Translations under genes and position numbers: made by a program
The notes under the pieces: model-generated
Database searches by the model: none
What the model was told of the DNA's origin: nothing
Seen by the model: only the letters and a program-made list of their open reading frames with translations
Assembly (NCBI GenBank): GCA_013115145.1
Contig: JAAPAO010000212.1
Coordinates: forward strand, 1-52,419
From: Perkinsus chesapeaki ATCC PRA-425
Taxonomy: Eukaryota; Protista; Perkinsozoa
Reading direction: 5' to 3'
Length of the DNA: 52,419 nt
Shown here: in pieces, positions 36,346 to 52,419 of the stretch
How the letters are laid out: the number at the start of each line of letters is the position of its first letter
Position numbering within the stretch: the first letter of the stretch is position 1

Positions 36346-37640
36346 GAACCTTATGGCAAATACATATTAGTCGATGTAAAGTCAATGGTTTAATGGAACA
36401 TTAACTTGATACTGTGAGGAGGGCGTAGGTTCCACCCTCCACACTGTTCCACGGTGGAACGTCCACCGTGGAAAAGTTTCACTCAACACTCGAGCTCTTC
36501 TTTTCGCAGTACATTTTTGGATGTGAACAGGAAACGGTCAGATTGCATAGATCGCTATGATCTATGCGCGTGTTTCAGGCGCGTGATGTCGGGATAGCTT
36601 CCTATATTGTTCCATGGTCAATTCAATCAGGTATTTTTTCACCGCGTCACTGTTTATGTCCGATCTCGGCTTACACTGTACACTACGAGCGGCTGTTGAA
36701 AACTAACCGTTTGTGACTTTGGACCCGAAACCTTCGAGATTCACGAATCACGATACTGAGTCCATTGTACGATACCATCCACAACGCAGTGTTGCAATGC
36801 AAGGGCAATCGTTCTACAAAGATCCTGGGTTTGGCTAGGCTTAAGAATTTAACCTAGCTTGAGCCAGGAGGCTATCTATATCTGTATATGAATAACACAT
36901 GTGGAATATACAGTTATCTTAGTCTTCAATGGCTCAGCCATGGTAATAAAGGTGATAATAAAGCGGCGAACAAGAGTATGCGATGGTCCTCTGTGGTCGA
37001 TTGTGATACCTTTATGTCCTCGGGCTGTCTCTCTCCCACTGTCCATTATACCAGTTAAAAATCCTGATCAAACACCCAAGTTGTTTCCTAGACCTTCGCG
37101 TGGAGCCGTCCTCCTAGTGGGAATGAAACGGTTTACCGTTTCGCATTCCCGGTTACAGTGCGACTTTCCCGCGTGGAAGGTCTAGTCGATCTAGTCGGAG
37201 TCATTCATAGGGTTTTTCAGCATCTTAATTTACTCTGTACGAAAGCATGCTTTGGGAAAATGGCATGCCCAGTTCGCCAAGTCGTTAAACACGTTGTGAC
37301 AACTCTTGGGCTTGCGCATGCGTGCAGCTGCGACCACATTTGCTTCGCTCCGCTAAAAGCTGTGTCATGATTACATGCCTTTATCATCTCATTCACACAG
37401 CAACTTATTTTTAATCGCAGCTCTAAGCATACTAATAATCAGTATTACTACTATCAGTTTATTACCTGCGGAACTGATTAATATACTAATTAGTAAATAA
37501 GGTTAATTCATATTCACCACACTTTTAATGGTGTGTATCCTACTTTTTGCGAATCCATCTGCCACGTTTTCAAAGTGCAGAATCGCTTTGGAAGCCACAT
37601 CACATACTTTGTCACATCTCTCTTCTCAGCTCCTTTTCTC

Positions 37641-41257
<3,617 letters not shown>

Positions 41258-42121
41258 ACGATCAATGATACATTTTGGGCAGGCAAGGGAGAGCAAAGTC
41301 AGTTTATGTGAGTGTTGTCGGTAACGTAAAATTTCATCACCCTTTTACTGTATGTCGATGTGTTGAGTTTAGTGATGCCATGGTCAATTATTCTGGTATA
41401 TTGGTCCCTTAGCCCCGGACGGTTACAGTGTACACGAACACGTCGCCCCTTACGTTCAGAACAACGACCAAAACCCTCCTTCTCCACACCTGTCATTTCT
41501 TGTTCCATAAAAGTTGTGTGTTAAATCTGGTCGGCCAGTGGGAGTCAGATTGTTGCTCTGTTTGTTTTCTAGCTCGGTATACTCACCTTAAACTGCCATA
41601 CCGGTATATGACCGCCAACTAGGTAACAGCCCATGCAACGTGACGCCGCCGTCCACAATTATGTCAAACGAGGCCTACGAGCTAGTCCATGCAACACTTG
41701 CGCAACGCGAGAAGTGACGGGAAGACTATCTTAGCAACTTGGCTATATGCACATAGAGAGTTGAGCTACAAATCCTCCAGCAGACACTAGAAAACGCAAA
41801 GGGCATCGAAATACGAAACGAAAAACTAAACGAATAGATTGGATCAACAAGCGGACCGACGATAATGACAACTCGGCAGGGAAGTCCTGTTTCGGTGGCT
41901 ACCATTGACATGACAAAGACATGTCATCAGCGACCCGCAGAGACTGGCATAGTTCTCGAGGAGGTCTAGATTGGGCTTTCGGATAGAATTTAGAATGACA
42001 ATACGTAAATCATGATTACGACTTTTTTACCTGAAGAATATGTTCGAAATAACAACACCGCACGAGCAATGACTATCAGTGGTCAAAGTTGTGGTCACCT
42101 TCTTGCACCAGGAAAGCTGCA

Positions 42122-43743
42122 TTAGCACTTGGTCAAGGTGGGGCGTAGAACGGGATAACGATGTTCTTCGGACATAATACTGCACGCGCCTGAAGTATGT
42201 ATACGGCGAAGAGGGACACAGGGGAAGGTCAAATGTCCTTGTGTGAATTGGGAAGAATTCGGATCATAGTCATAGTTTCTGAGGAACATGGTAGCCCCTG
42301 GAGGCAGCAATGGATGATGAGTTTGGTGAGGAAAGCGGCGGCTAAGAGCAAGTTGTTACCGCCTGGCGCACTAACTCCAGCTCGTTCAATGTATGCAAAA
42401 CCCTTCATTCCCCACGAGGTCCCCCATGAATTCATAATCTTCCAATATCTGAAGGAACCCGTCAGAGATTCACGTTTCATCCTTAATTGCTATAACTACG
42501 GTATCCCATCTTTAGAAGTGCCATATCCAACAATGGTAACCGCGTGGGTAACTTTCCCTTGGCCGCAGGTCTTAGCTGATAAAAGTAAATAGTAATACCT
42601 CACGAACAGGAGCACCACCTACCTGTGATGATCCCTGATTTGTAATTGCTGAATCCTGGACTGTCCGCATTAACCCCCACAGCAACAGGCCCAGTAGCCA
42701 CAGCGCTCATCAGACTCGCTTCATCTCCCTTAGGGACAGTAGCTACATAAATTAAGTCTCCTTCCTGCAATCGGCGGCAAATGATACAGATAAGAAACCT
42801 AGCCCTCGGCTGCGGGCTAGCACCCCACCTTTAAGCATTGGTTTTTGGGCTCAGCCACGAGTGAGGTCTTGCATTTTCCGGCTTTCGCATTGAAAGAGTA
42901 AATAGAGGCTTTGACCATACCTTCAGACTCGACGTATTCATAGGAGTTAGCTTCTGTTCCACCGTTACAACCACTGCATGGGAAAAGTAAATCAATCTGT
43001 AAAGTCCAAGTTGATTACTTATTCCCCCAGTCACCAGAACAATCGACAATTTGTTGGACTGAGAGTGGTATGACTTGTGGTATCTTAGCTTGAAGCTTGA
43101 ATCTGCTCTCCAACACGACTGAAAAGTGCGTTCATTGAAGGTCTACTCATCGCATTTACCGGTGGAGGCCATTGCATAGCAACATCCGCATTTGTTAAAA
43201 AAAGTACTCTGTTTTCTCACAGGGCCAAGAGCACCAGCAGCCTGCCAATCGATTGATGGCGGGGGATCACTGAAGAGATGTCTAACTTGAAAACCTGGAA
43301 CGACAGGATGATAAATACAATGGTGGGGAGTTTGTCTGCTCACGCGCAGGCTTGCTGGAATTTGAGATAGGTGGAGCCGCGCGGCAGGGCATAGTTTGCT
43401 TAAAAACTTCTTTCGGCATGTCGAAATACTCGTTCAAGCCAACCTCGTGTTCGATGTCACCTTAGCAATGGAAAATCTGCATTGAGCCTTCCATCCCCTC
43501 CATGACCTACTGTTTGCTTTAAGCTCTTCCATTTCCTTTATATTCTCAGCGAATGCATTCAGAGCAATCTTGTAGTCCTCTAGAGAGTCGTAGACTTTAT
43601 TGTATCTTCAAGGAGGCCCTGGAAATATCAAAACGAGAGAACAGGACTCACTTCATCATGAACTCTTGAAAACTGCTCTGAATATTATCGACTAAGGCTT
43701 GAACCGGCCACGAGACCAACAGATATCCGGAAGTGATTCTCAT
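42122..43743 (-). CDS. Papain-family (C1A) cathepsin L-like cysteine protease, copy A
   Basis: I29 prodomain (FQEFMMKYNKVY, GLNEYFDM), DWQAAGALGPVRKQ...CGCCYA, LSVQQIVDCS, THAVTIVGYG and YWKIMNSWG. Catalytic Cys/His/Asn intact. Confidence 0.92.
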
Positions 43744-45692
43744 GACTAAAAGTGGTAGGTGGGACCTATGCAATGAAGCTCCTGAAAGAATGTGCGAAGT
43801 TATTGGTTAATTGCCTTCAAGCGTCGATGAACAACTGCGCATCCTGTCTCCTGTTTGCCTCCCTTGTGTCGTAAGGAGGCTCTTGGAAAAGTGCGCAACT
43901 TGGCACTTCGTTTAAGACAATCCCCTGTACGTACCTGTAATATCTATAAGTTCCTACTTCAGACAGGGCATTGGCCACTATGACAACGACTCATTATCGG
44001 ACAGACCGGGCGGTAACGTTTAAATGACTTCTCAACAGTCATCTTCGTGAGTTAGGGAGAAAAGAGGCCGCTTCTTGGTAGCTAAGCTTCATGTCCCCCG
44101 GTCTTACTGACATTTCAGACCTCATAGGGCGTTCCTGCCTGACTCTAGACGGTCTCTGAGCATCGGTCTCATTGGCCGCAAAACAGGTATTTACCGTAGA
44201 GAACTAGAAAACTGAACAAACCCTATTCTCCGTGTATCTCTTCGTATCAGTTCCAGTAGACTTCCTCAACAATACGGAGCCGTGTGAAGTGGCCCAACGC
44301 ACAACCCTAGCTCCACAATTTATTATCCATGACCATAGTCATGCCAAAAATGGGTAACTCTTTATCACACTGTAAGCCGACTACGCTGGTACAGACTTAA
44401 GTATGCCAGCAGAAGATTCCGAGCGAGGAGGATTGACCAAAGTCTCAGTGCTACGATGTCAGGTAAAATGGTATGAGCTCATGTCGCAGGATCTTTGCTT
44501 AAGAGACAGTCGACCTCCTAATAAACGGTATAGACTGAAGATTATGAGGAGTTCTGGACTAGTGCTGCTTGCATATCTTCGTAAGCATCGCAGTTTGCTC
44601 CTTGGCTATTGTCTATCATCGACCGCCTTCGGTTCAGAACCCCTGCCTCGGTGGTTTTACACCGATATGTGATCGGGTCGTCTCATTAGGTAATCAACCT
44701 AAATAATCACCTCATCGTGGTGCAGTTTCATGCATATGCTATTGGACGGTGATTTACTGAACACTCAGTCCGAGCTTTGCAGTATAGGGCTCGTACTGTA
44801 GGAGTGCTCCCTTAGCACGTCTAATCAACTTTTCTTACTTTCAGGGATAATGTGTAGCACAAGATATTGTGTGTAGCATAAAATAGCGTGCTTGTAATGA
44901 GCGCACGTTGTTGGTTGCACCACTCGTTCGTGGCAGTTTCGGGGTCATCCTTGAGTTGGTCAATCGAACTCGGGAAGCTAAGATGTCTTGTGGCCAAGTA
45001 TTTATGGCATCTTCGCAGTTATGGAAGGTTCCAAACCTCTATTTTTTTTGTTTTCCTCTTTGGGAGGCGCCACTCTTGCCCCTCTGCAGGCTATTTGTCT
45101 GGGTAAGACTCTCGCCACTCTTAGGAGCATCCTGGCCCTGAGATACCTTATCTGAGCGTTCTAGCAGAGCTTAATCTTGATCTAAGTATCGGCTCTTCCC
45201 AAGCTCCCGGAGAAGAAAGCGGTTTTACACTGATCAAACTCAACAAGTATTATACAAGAAATTTGCTGACAAGACTGATAAGATGTGGGCAAAGTGAATA
45301 GATGAACGAAGCTCACCTGGCCAGGTCTTGAACTTCATAGGGTTCACGGGCCGATGCTTCGCTCGCATCGAACAGATCAACAAAGATACCGGTGAACGAC
45401 ATTGTTTGCACGACGCTTTGATTACAGAATTATCACACCCATACTGGTTGTATGTTGCGAGCCGCAAAGAGTAACGTGACGCTACAGTAACTGTAGTACA
45501 GTTCAAGTAGGCCTACGAGCTGACTAAGACTTTAGTAATGGATACCTGGATGGGCTACATTTCTTGTAAGCACCACTGACTTTAAGACAATACAAAATAC
45601 CTGAAGAGATAAAGAACGCTTCGACCGCATCGGCGCCAATGCGGGGTTCATCAAAACGGAAAAGTGATTACCATTTTAGTGTTCCCAAAACA

Positions 45693-47250
45693 TCATTGCC
45701 TGCAGGGGGAACCTTTAACTGAACTCTTGAAAATGGGTATTTCCTGGCTCTGGGAAAGTATTCCACAAGCACCTATAGCATGTCGCATCTCCAAAGCAAG
45801 TAACGCAGGTCATCGCCGATTTCGGTCACCTCGACGCAATTTGGTGCCAGTTCGTTCGATATAGGCGAATCCTTCCATTCCCCAGGACGTGCCCCAACTG
45901 TTCATAACTTTCCAATACCTAAAGGCTGCCAGCTGCTGACAGCTGAGGAGCAACATCACAAAAACGGCTCACGGTGTTCCATCTGGGGCTCTTCCGTATC
46001 CAACAATCAAAACTGAATGATCGTGTGATCCCTCGCCGCAGGCTCTAGCTGAAAAAACATCATATCAGCGAGGGCCTATACCAGCCTAGGACTGGCAGCG
46101 CACTCTAGCTCTAACCTGTGATGATGCCTGATTTGTAATTTGCAAAGGCCGGAGCGTCAGCATGTAAGTCCACGGCAACTGGGCCACTGGCAACAGCGCT
46201 CATCATAAGAGCTTCGTTAGCAGCCGGTATTTTGTAAATCAGCCTCAAATCTCCTTCATGAGGGCAATAGGGGTACGGCTCCTAACTGAAGGGGTTGACA
46301 CACAGCGACGACTACCTTAAAGCACTGCTTCCTTGGATCATTTACAATGGAAGTCTTGCAGGCCCCCGTCTTTGCCTTGTAAGGATAATAAGACGCTTTA
46401 GTCATACCGTGCATCCTAGCATACTTATAGGCGTAACCGGGCTGTCCTCCCGAGCAGCCGCTAAATGTGAGAGGCATACCGAATTCTCGCCAATGGTAGG
46501 GCTACTGATTTCCTTGCGGTCCGCTGCAGTCGACAATTTGCTGAACTGACATGGGCACCACTCTCGGTAGTTTGGCTTGGATCTTGAATCTACTCTCCAT
46601 CACAGCTGAGAATAATGCACTGCACTTCCTATTTAAGTATCGACAATCACTCTCACCAGTGGCCGCTATAGCATAGCAACATCCACAATCCCTGGATCGA
46701 ATAACTTGCGTTCTCACTGGAGCGAGGGCCCCCGCGGCACTCCAATCCACGGAATCCGGCAGATCGACGAGTAGTCTTATGTTTTCAGAACCTAAATGCG
46801 CATCCAGTGGAACCTAGACGGTGAGTGAGGCTTATTGTTCCACTTTACTTGTATCATTAGAGGAGTGTTCGAGCAAAACACGACTCGCTCCGCAATCACT
46901 GATCTCATCGTCACCTTTGGGCAAATCGGAGTACTCATTAAGACCAACCTCGTGTGTGATATTATCTGGCAAGGACAAGATTGTATGCTTCGCCACGCTC
47001 ATTTAGCTTACTATCAGCTTTGAGCTCCTCTATGTCTCTCATGCTCTCGGCAAAGGCGCTCATGGCAGTATTGTACTCCTCAGGGGAGTTATAGACTTTG
47101 TTGTACCTAAAGGGAGCAGCATGTGGGTCAGTAGCCTGCAATAAGCACGCTTGCTCACTTCCTTATAAACTCCTTGAATGCTAGCTCAGTGTCCTGAACT
47201 ATGGATAACACAGGTTGGAGAAGGTATACGTACCCGAGGGACACTCTCAT
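45693..47250 (-). CDS. Papain-family (C1A) cathepsin L-like cysteine protease, copy B (tandem paralogue)
   Basis: FKEFIRKYNKVY, DWSAAGALAPVRTQ...CGCCYA, MSVQQIVDCS, DHSVLIVGYG and YWKVMNSWG. Intron positions that could be traced match copy A. Confidence 0.92.
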
Positions 47251-47414
47251 GGATATAGACACTAGAAGCAGAAAGGCGCGGGAAGGTTAGGAGAGTGAAT
47301 GTATTCTCGCAACAGACCTGCTCCAATCCTGCAACTCGCACCGCGGGAACGCGACGCCGTACGTGTGCTCGATAGCAGATGTGCTCCACTCACTTGAGAG
47401 CCTCTCAATGAAAG

Positions 47415-48250
47415 GTGGCAGGTTGCTTGATTTCCGATGCCTCCAGTGGGGATTCATCAGTTGTAATAGGACACCAAGATGCCATCTTGGAAATGTCAAT
47501 GACGAAATCTCGATTATACACTGACAGAGGCTCGAATCTGAGGTTCGCAGGCAACTGCATTCGGCAACGTTTTAGCTCACTCCCAGATGGTGCGTGCATA
47601 AAATTACTCCCTAACGATAGTGGCTACAATTGAATTATTCGTTAACCTCACAGTTCTGCGTGACTTACCGTCAGTTTATCGGCAAATAGAATGGCCCATT
47701 TTTCTGCTAAAATATTGACTTTCATACAGGTTCGTAAGGAGTGAGAAATGGAGGTGTGACGCGATATATCTTACGCTGTAGGATGAATCGTTGAGCAGCT
47801 GATTAGCTACTATTAGTGAAGGCAGGAGCCCCAAGCCAACAAGTCACTTTGAAGGAAGCCGTTTCCCTTACTCGGAGTAAGTTACTCCAGTGCAGAGTAG
47901 CTGAAAGAAGCAAAGGCCTTGCAGGAATTACCTATACAAGTCCGTGAATAAGCTCGGTATGAGACAGAACTCAGGTGCAATATGAGCCAATATTCCATTC
48001 TGAGCTAGAATTGACCAATTTGGTATTCGAAGGATGTAGGCGAAATATCAATTACATCTCTTATGACGTTTGTCGAGGCAGCTGCTGGGAGGCAGGTGAT
48101 GGTCGCATGGCCGGCGGCCGCAGAGGTAACATGTATGAGGTTTGGACACTTTGGAACCAAAAGATTAATCGCTTGCAAAAAGTTTTATCTGAGGGAGGTA
48201 GTTCAATCATTCAGTTGGAATATAGCGCAACAGCTAAAACTTTAGATTAG
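47415..48250 (+). other. Possible WD40-like coding fragments
   Basis: VIGHQDAILEMSMTKSRLYT resembles a GH-started WD repeat. No coherent gene model was found. Confidence 0.2.
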
Positions 48251-48980
48251 TAGTGAGGACCACTGACGAAGAGTACGAATCTGATTTCTTTTGGAAACGA
48301 CTCCTTTCATGTACAACTATAATCAGTAGAGAGCATAGGGCACTTTAATTTTCGGCGCCACCGTGCGCCGTGCGAGAGACAATCCTTGTGCCATAATGAT
48401 TATGATCTTTCAACCTGGTTTTTGCCCCTCAACGATTGGAAAGCGTTAAGAAAGGCAATAACATCGCTTGCCCCTGAAAGATATCTACGTTTTGCACCTT
48501 TTGCCTATCTTTTTTGGAATGGCCGCCCACGCAAAGGTGCCCAATTATCTCGTATTGTGATCAGCGGATCTCGTTACGTCGGTTATTGATAATGTTTCTG
48601 ACTTCGGCGGGTATGTGTCTGCTTAAGAACATTCATATCATAATTATCAACTTGTTATTATTTTCCACGGTGCGTGCACCACTAAGCAGCACAAACGAAA
48701 CCATCCGGCAGTTATTATTTCTCGTGTAAGACCTGCAATCTTCTGCCCCGTGTACATTATCCTGGAGAGTGTTTCGCCTAGCAATTACACTACTGCTACT
48801 GTTCGAAATCGTTGTAGAATGGCTTTATGCATGACGATTGACAAGAGCCTCTTTGCCGACTCCGCTGACATTCTTTTTGTTATAGATTAGCTTATTCACA
48901 CCTCAAGATTCTTCATAGTAACTTTCACAGCACAACAAATCCACTTAACATGAAACTTCATAGAAGCGACAGCGCGCCGC

Positions 48981-51900
48981 TTAATTCGCACGCCACCGGT
49001 TGCCTGCTCGGAGGGATGTATTCAACTGCCGGGAGGTCCTGAAAATATCACTCGTCAAAATGTGTTGTTGACTTTCGATTACTATTGTGAATATAACAGC
49101 AGTGTTGCCTGTGTGCTGGAGGAAACAGTCGGCCAGCTGTGCCGTGAATAATGGTACCTCAGAAACCACCAATAAGGCAAAACGGAGGAATATCTTTACC
49201 AAATTCGTCTCCTTGATTCCAAGACGCTTGAAGCGTTCCTTGCTGGCCACACGTGCAAGCCTGTGCGGAAGAGCCTCGGATATCTGGACAAATGCAATCA
49301 TCTACATCACAGCTGCAACTCCTACTTTTCTATTGTACGCCAAATCAAGCATTTCGAGATGTTCGCAGCTCTCCAGGACACTGATCACACCATCGTCATT
49401 CACCGCACGACATTTGGATAACTTCAATCGGCGCAAGTTGACAAGAGTTCTCGACAGGCTTGACAAACCTACAAGAAATGCTACGACACAGGTCACCGCA
49501 ACTGTGCCCAACGAGGCACTTGTGTAGCAAAAAACTACATTTGAACTGTGCGAGCCAATAAGGGGAAGTATGCTCCAGCTCGCTTTCACAAGGGAAAAAT
49601 CCGGCAACACTCTCCGGCTCCAAAGTTCCCTAAATCGGGCAATCCGGCTGCCTCTCTACAGCTTTCGAAACGCAAGCTGCTGAAAATTTCCGTAATTGAG
49701 CGACGCTTTAGGGTCCAAGTGAACGAGATGCTGTCCCGAATTGATAAGAAGTTCCCACAAATTTGTATCTCTTCAGCTCCATTATGGTCTTCCTAGAAAT
49801 TCTGGAGGATCCCGGCCAACTTTACAGCGACGTTGTTGGTATTTCTGTCGGTTGCCTTTCTCAGTTGAGCGTCGTTACGATCTTCTCACCCACTCCGATA
49901 TGAAATACATCCTTTGATGATCGACTGAAATTTAGCGGAATTTTCGAAAACATCGTATCGGTAAAATATCTATCCGAACACAGGCCCCTATTCCAGCGTT
50001 CCCCAGCAGCCCCACAAAGATCGGACGGTACGTGGTTACCTTCATCGGTGATCTGCGTTTCGGAAAGATCGAGGAACTGGAGCTCACCGAGGCCACTCAA
50101 CGCGGAAGACAGCGAGTTGGCAGAAGATTGCCACCTGACGGTTCGTTCCTGTCATTGCCGCATCTTGCCTTACCCGGCAATGCTCAGCGACTGGAGATGT
50201 TTGAGCGCGTTGAGATTCTCGAGCGACAAGCATTCCCCCTCGGGATTGGACAGATCAAGCCGGAGCTGAAACAACAGTGAACAGATAGTCATCTATCCTC
50301 ACAGAAATGTGTTGGTCGGGAATCGGAAAGTGCTTCTAATGCGAATTATGATTACAATAATGACCATGATAATTAATTTACACAACGGAAATTACGATGG
50401 AAGTGTGTTCCAAAAAATTAAACATTAACCGCATTCCCTATCTCCGAGCCGCCCTGCATCTTATGTCACCCTCCACATGTTACCCCGTGGTACCAATAGA
50501 AGGCATATGCCTTAGTTACTTAGGTTACTGATACAGCTCACCGAAACTGCGCGGTTCCTCTCCCAGGGAAAGAGACCATCCCTGTGAGCGGTTTATAGTC
50601 CAACGCCGTATATGGCTTAGTTAGACTATCTATTTATGGTGCAACTTAAATCGAAAGGGTTTAATACCTATACTGTATGATCTACAAACAGGAGATGCCA
50701 CCTCTCCCAGCACAGTTCATTAAACTTCCGAAAGTGATACAATGATCGACTTAACCTACCAGTGACTCCCCAAGGCGTTGTGTTATCATATCCAACCCTG
50801 CCTGACAGACTTTGTCCAGGTTCAATCTCGGAAGTGTGAGTTCTTCCAGGACCGACGGAGTATCTCTCAATGGCATCGTTATGTTGGAGATGCCGTCCGT
50901 GGTAATTGAACAAGTGAAGCGTCGCCGCAATGCACCTGTGTGGGATTTCGAGCCATCCCACCGTTAGCCTACCAGCACGGATGACTTTGAGATTTTTGCA
51001 AAATCTCCGCAAGCCGACGAAAGTTGCATCAGCCGCCGCCAGAGGCACGTCGAACAAGTCCAAATGGGAAAGGTTCCTACACCTAAACAGCAGAGCAACG
51101 CATCACCCATGGTGGCAACTATGGACGCAGGTTCGATCCCCGGCTAGGGTATTTTACGCACCTTTTAATGAACATATTCACCGCCTTTCCGTTCAGCTTT
51201 CCACATCCCCTCAGGCAGAGCTCTGTGATGTTCCTGTAGTACTCGGCCGATGGCAGCTGAGCCATCTTCGATAACGTATCCGGTAACAGCGTCGTGAAGT
51301 CCGCGAGGATCACTCCGCGCACGCCTCGTCTTCGCCGGAAAGAGGTCAACCTGCGTCACGCGTCACGGCGTCACAAAATAAACTGCCGCACACAAACTGA
51401 TTGCTGATTGGCTTCTCTCCACCATCTACGATTCTCAGTTGATTGGTGCCGGTGAATGTTCTCACCAAATGCTCCAGTCGGGCGCAGGTGAGGCCGAGTA
51501 ATCCAAAAGGGGCTAACACAAATCGATTATGGTTTGTTAGGCAACACGTATGTAGTTCGATCGTGTCACTGCGTCTATGCATTATATTGATAAAATTCTG
51601 TATTTCAAGTCCCATTGCGTATCAACGTGCACACTGTGCACGTTAGCTGTGCACCGCACAGTTATGAGGTTGCAATCGACATTGTGGTGATTTAATTGTG
51701 TGATCTGTCCCTTTGTGCGTATCTTTCTCAAATTCCGCACAAGCTAGGTTTGTTGTTCATTCATATTCATATTTATAATATTAGATTCCTCTTTATCTCT
51801 GGTTTCGGTTGATATCTAATATCTACGATAGACATCGCCCGAATCGGAACCGTTTCGGATTCTCTCTCCCGAGTATCTGTTGCCTGGTTGGGTTGATATA

Positions 51901-52296
51901 CCTCACCACCACTGATATGTGCAATATTCTTAATTATTCGCCTGCGACATCATCGAGTTCCAGAAATGGCATTCGACCGGCAGCAGTTCCTTTAAATATT
52001 CATGCAACCTTGGTATATTATTATTTCTCCTTCGTTAACTGACGTCGAAGGAAAATCAAGGAGAATTTCGTGAAACCACGAACAGACTTTTCCATATCTC
52101 GGCGTTGGCTATCATCTTCTGCATGGTCGTGATTCAGTTGGGAAATTTGAAAACCTATGAGGGCCGCGAGCTTACAGGAGTTAGCTTTGGCTTCTGGTGG
52201 GACCAGTTGCAATATCATATTAATGACTTCATCTGGCAGACCGTTGAGGCCTGTTGAGCCATCTCCTTGGGGAGGGAAGGATGCTCTTGGCTCCAT
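48981..52296 (-). CDS. F-box/leucine-rich-repeat protein (FBXL-like), multi-exon
   Basis: F-box start LNGLPDEVINMILQLV. LRR units ITELCLRGCGKL, LSHLDLFDV, LQFLDLSETQITDEG, and LRRLKLSKCRAVNDDGVISVLESCEHLEMLDLAY. Confidence 0.78.
51126..51155 (+). pseudogene. Weak tRNA 3'-end-like sequence, antisense in FBXL intron 51083-51161
   Basis: GCAGG TTCGATC CCCGG CTAGGGT A TTTT. It has a B box, a 7+1 nt tail and a T run, but the T stem is only partly paired. Confidence 0.35.
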
Positions 52297-52342
52297 ACCA
52301 ACCTGAAGGGTGAAACTGAATGCATTACAGCTTTGGTCTTCC

Positions 52343-52419
52343 ACTGGTAACATATTTCCTATCAAACTCCTTTCTATTATATCTCCTCCTCCGTATCACT
52401 AGTAACATATTTCCTATCA
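52343..52419. repeat. 55-bp period direct repeat truncated by the window end
   Basis: GTAACATATTTCCTATCA at 52347-52364 and 52402-52419; related copy at 4169-4193. Confidence 0.8.

Noticed and set aside
41671-41683. 13-mer AGGCCTACGAGCT shared with 45509-45521 downstream of both proteases
   Set aside because: Flanks do not align and the distances to the stops differ; too short to call.

Overview
Intron-rich eukaryotic DNA with one 96-N gap. The short GT-AG introns, protein content and splice-acceptor-like AGs just upstream of start codons suggest an alveolate such as Perkinsus; this is inference and cannot be proven from the window. Gene models were spliced by hand. Minus strand: intronless malate dehydrogenase, a hypothetical gene, Vps53, NAC-alpha, a very large CNBD potassium channel with ankyrin repeats, an ABCG half-transporter, two tandem papain-family proteases and an F-box/LRR gene. 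Plus strand: an MFS transporter and NKAP. Two complete tRNA genes are present, Lys-TTT (intronic) and Arg-ACG. The most unusual signal is tRNA-gene fragments at spliceosomal intron boundaries in four different genes. In the clearest case, a tRNA-Thr-like 3' half supplies the GTAA splice donor from its anticodon loop. Other signals: a recurrent GCGGAGCGAAGC mini-hairpin motif near splice sites, degenerate ABC motifs, and a 4-residue active-site insertion in both proteases.
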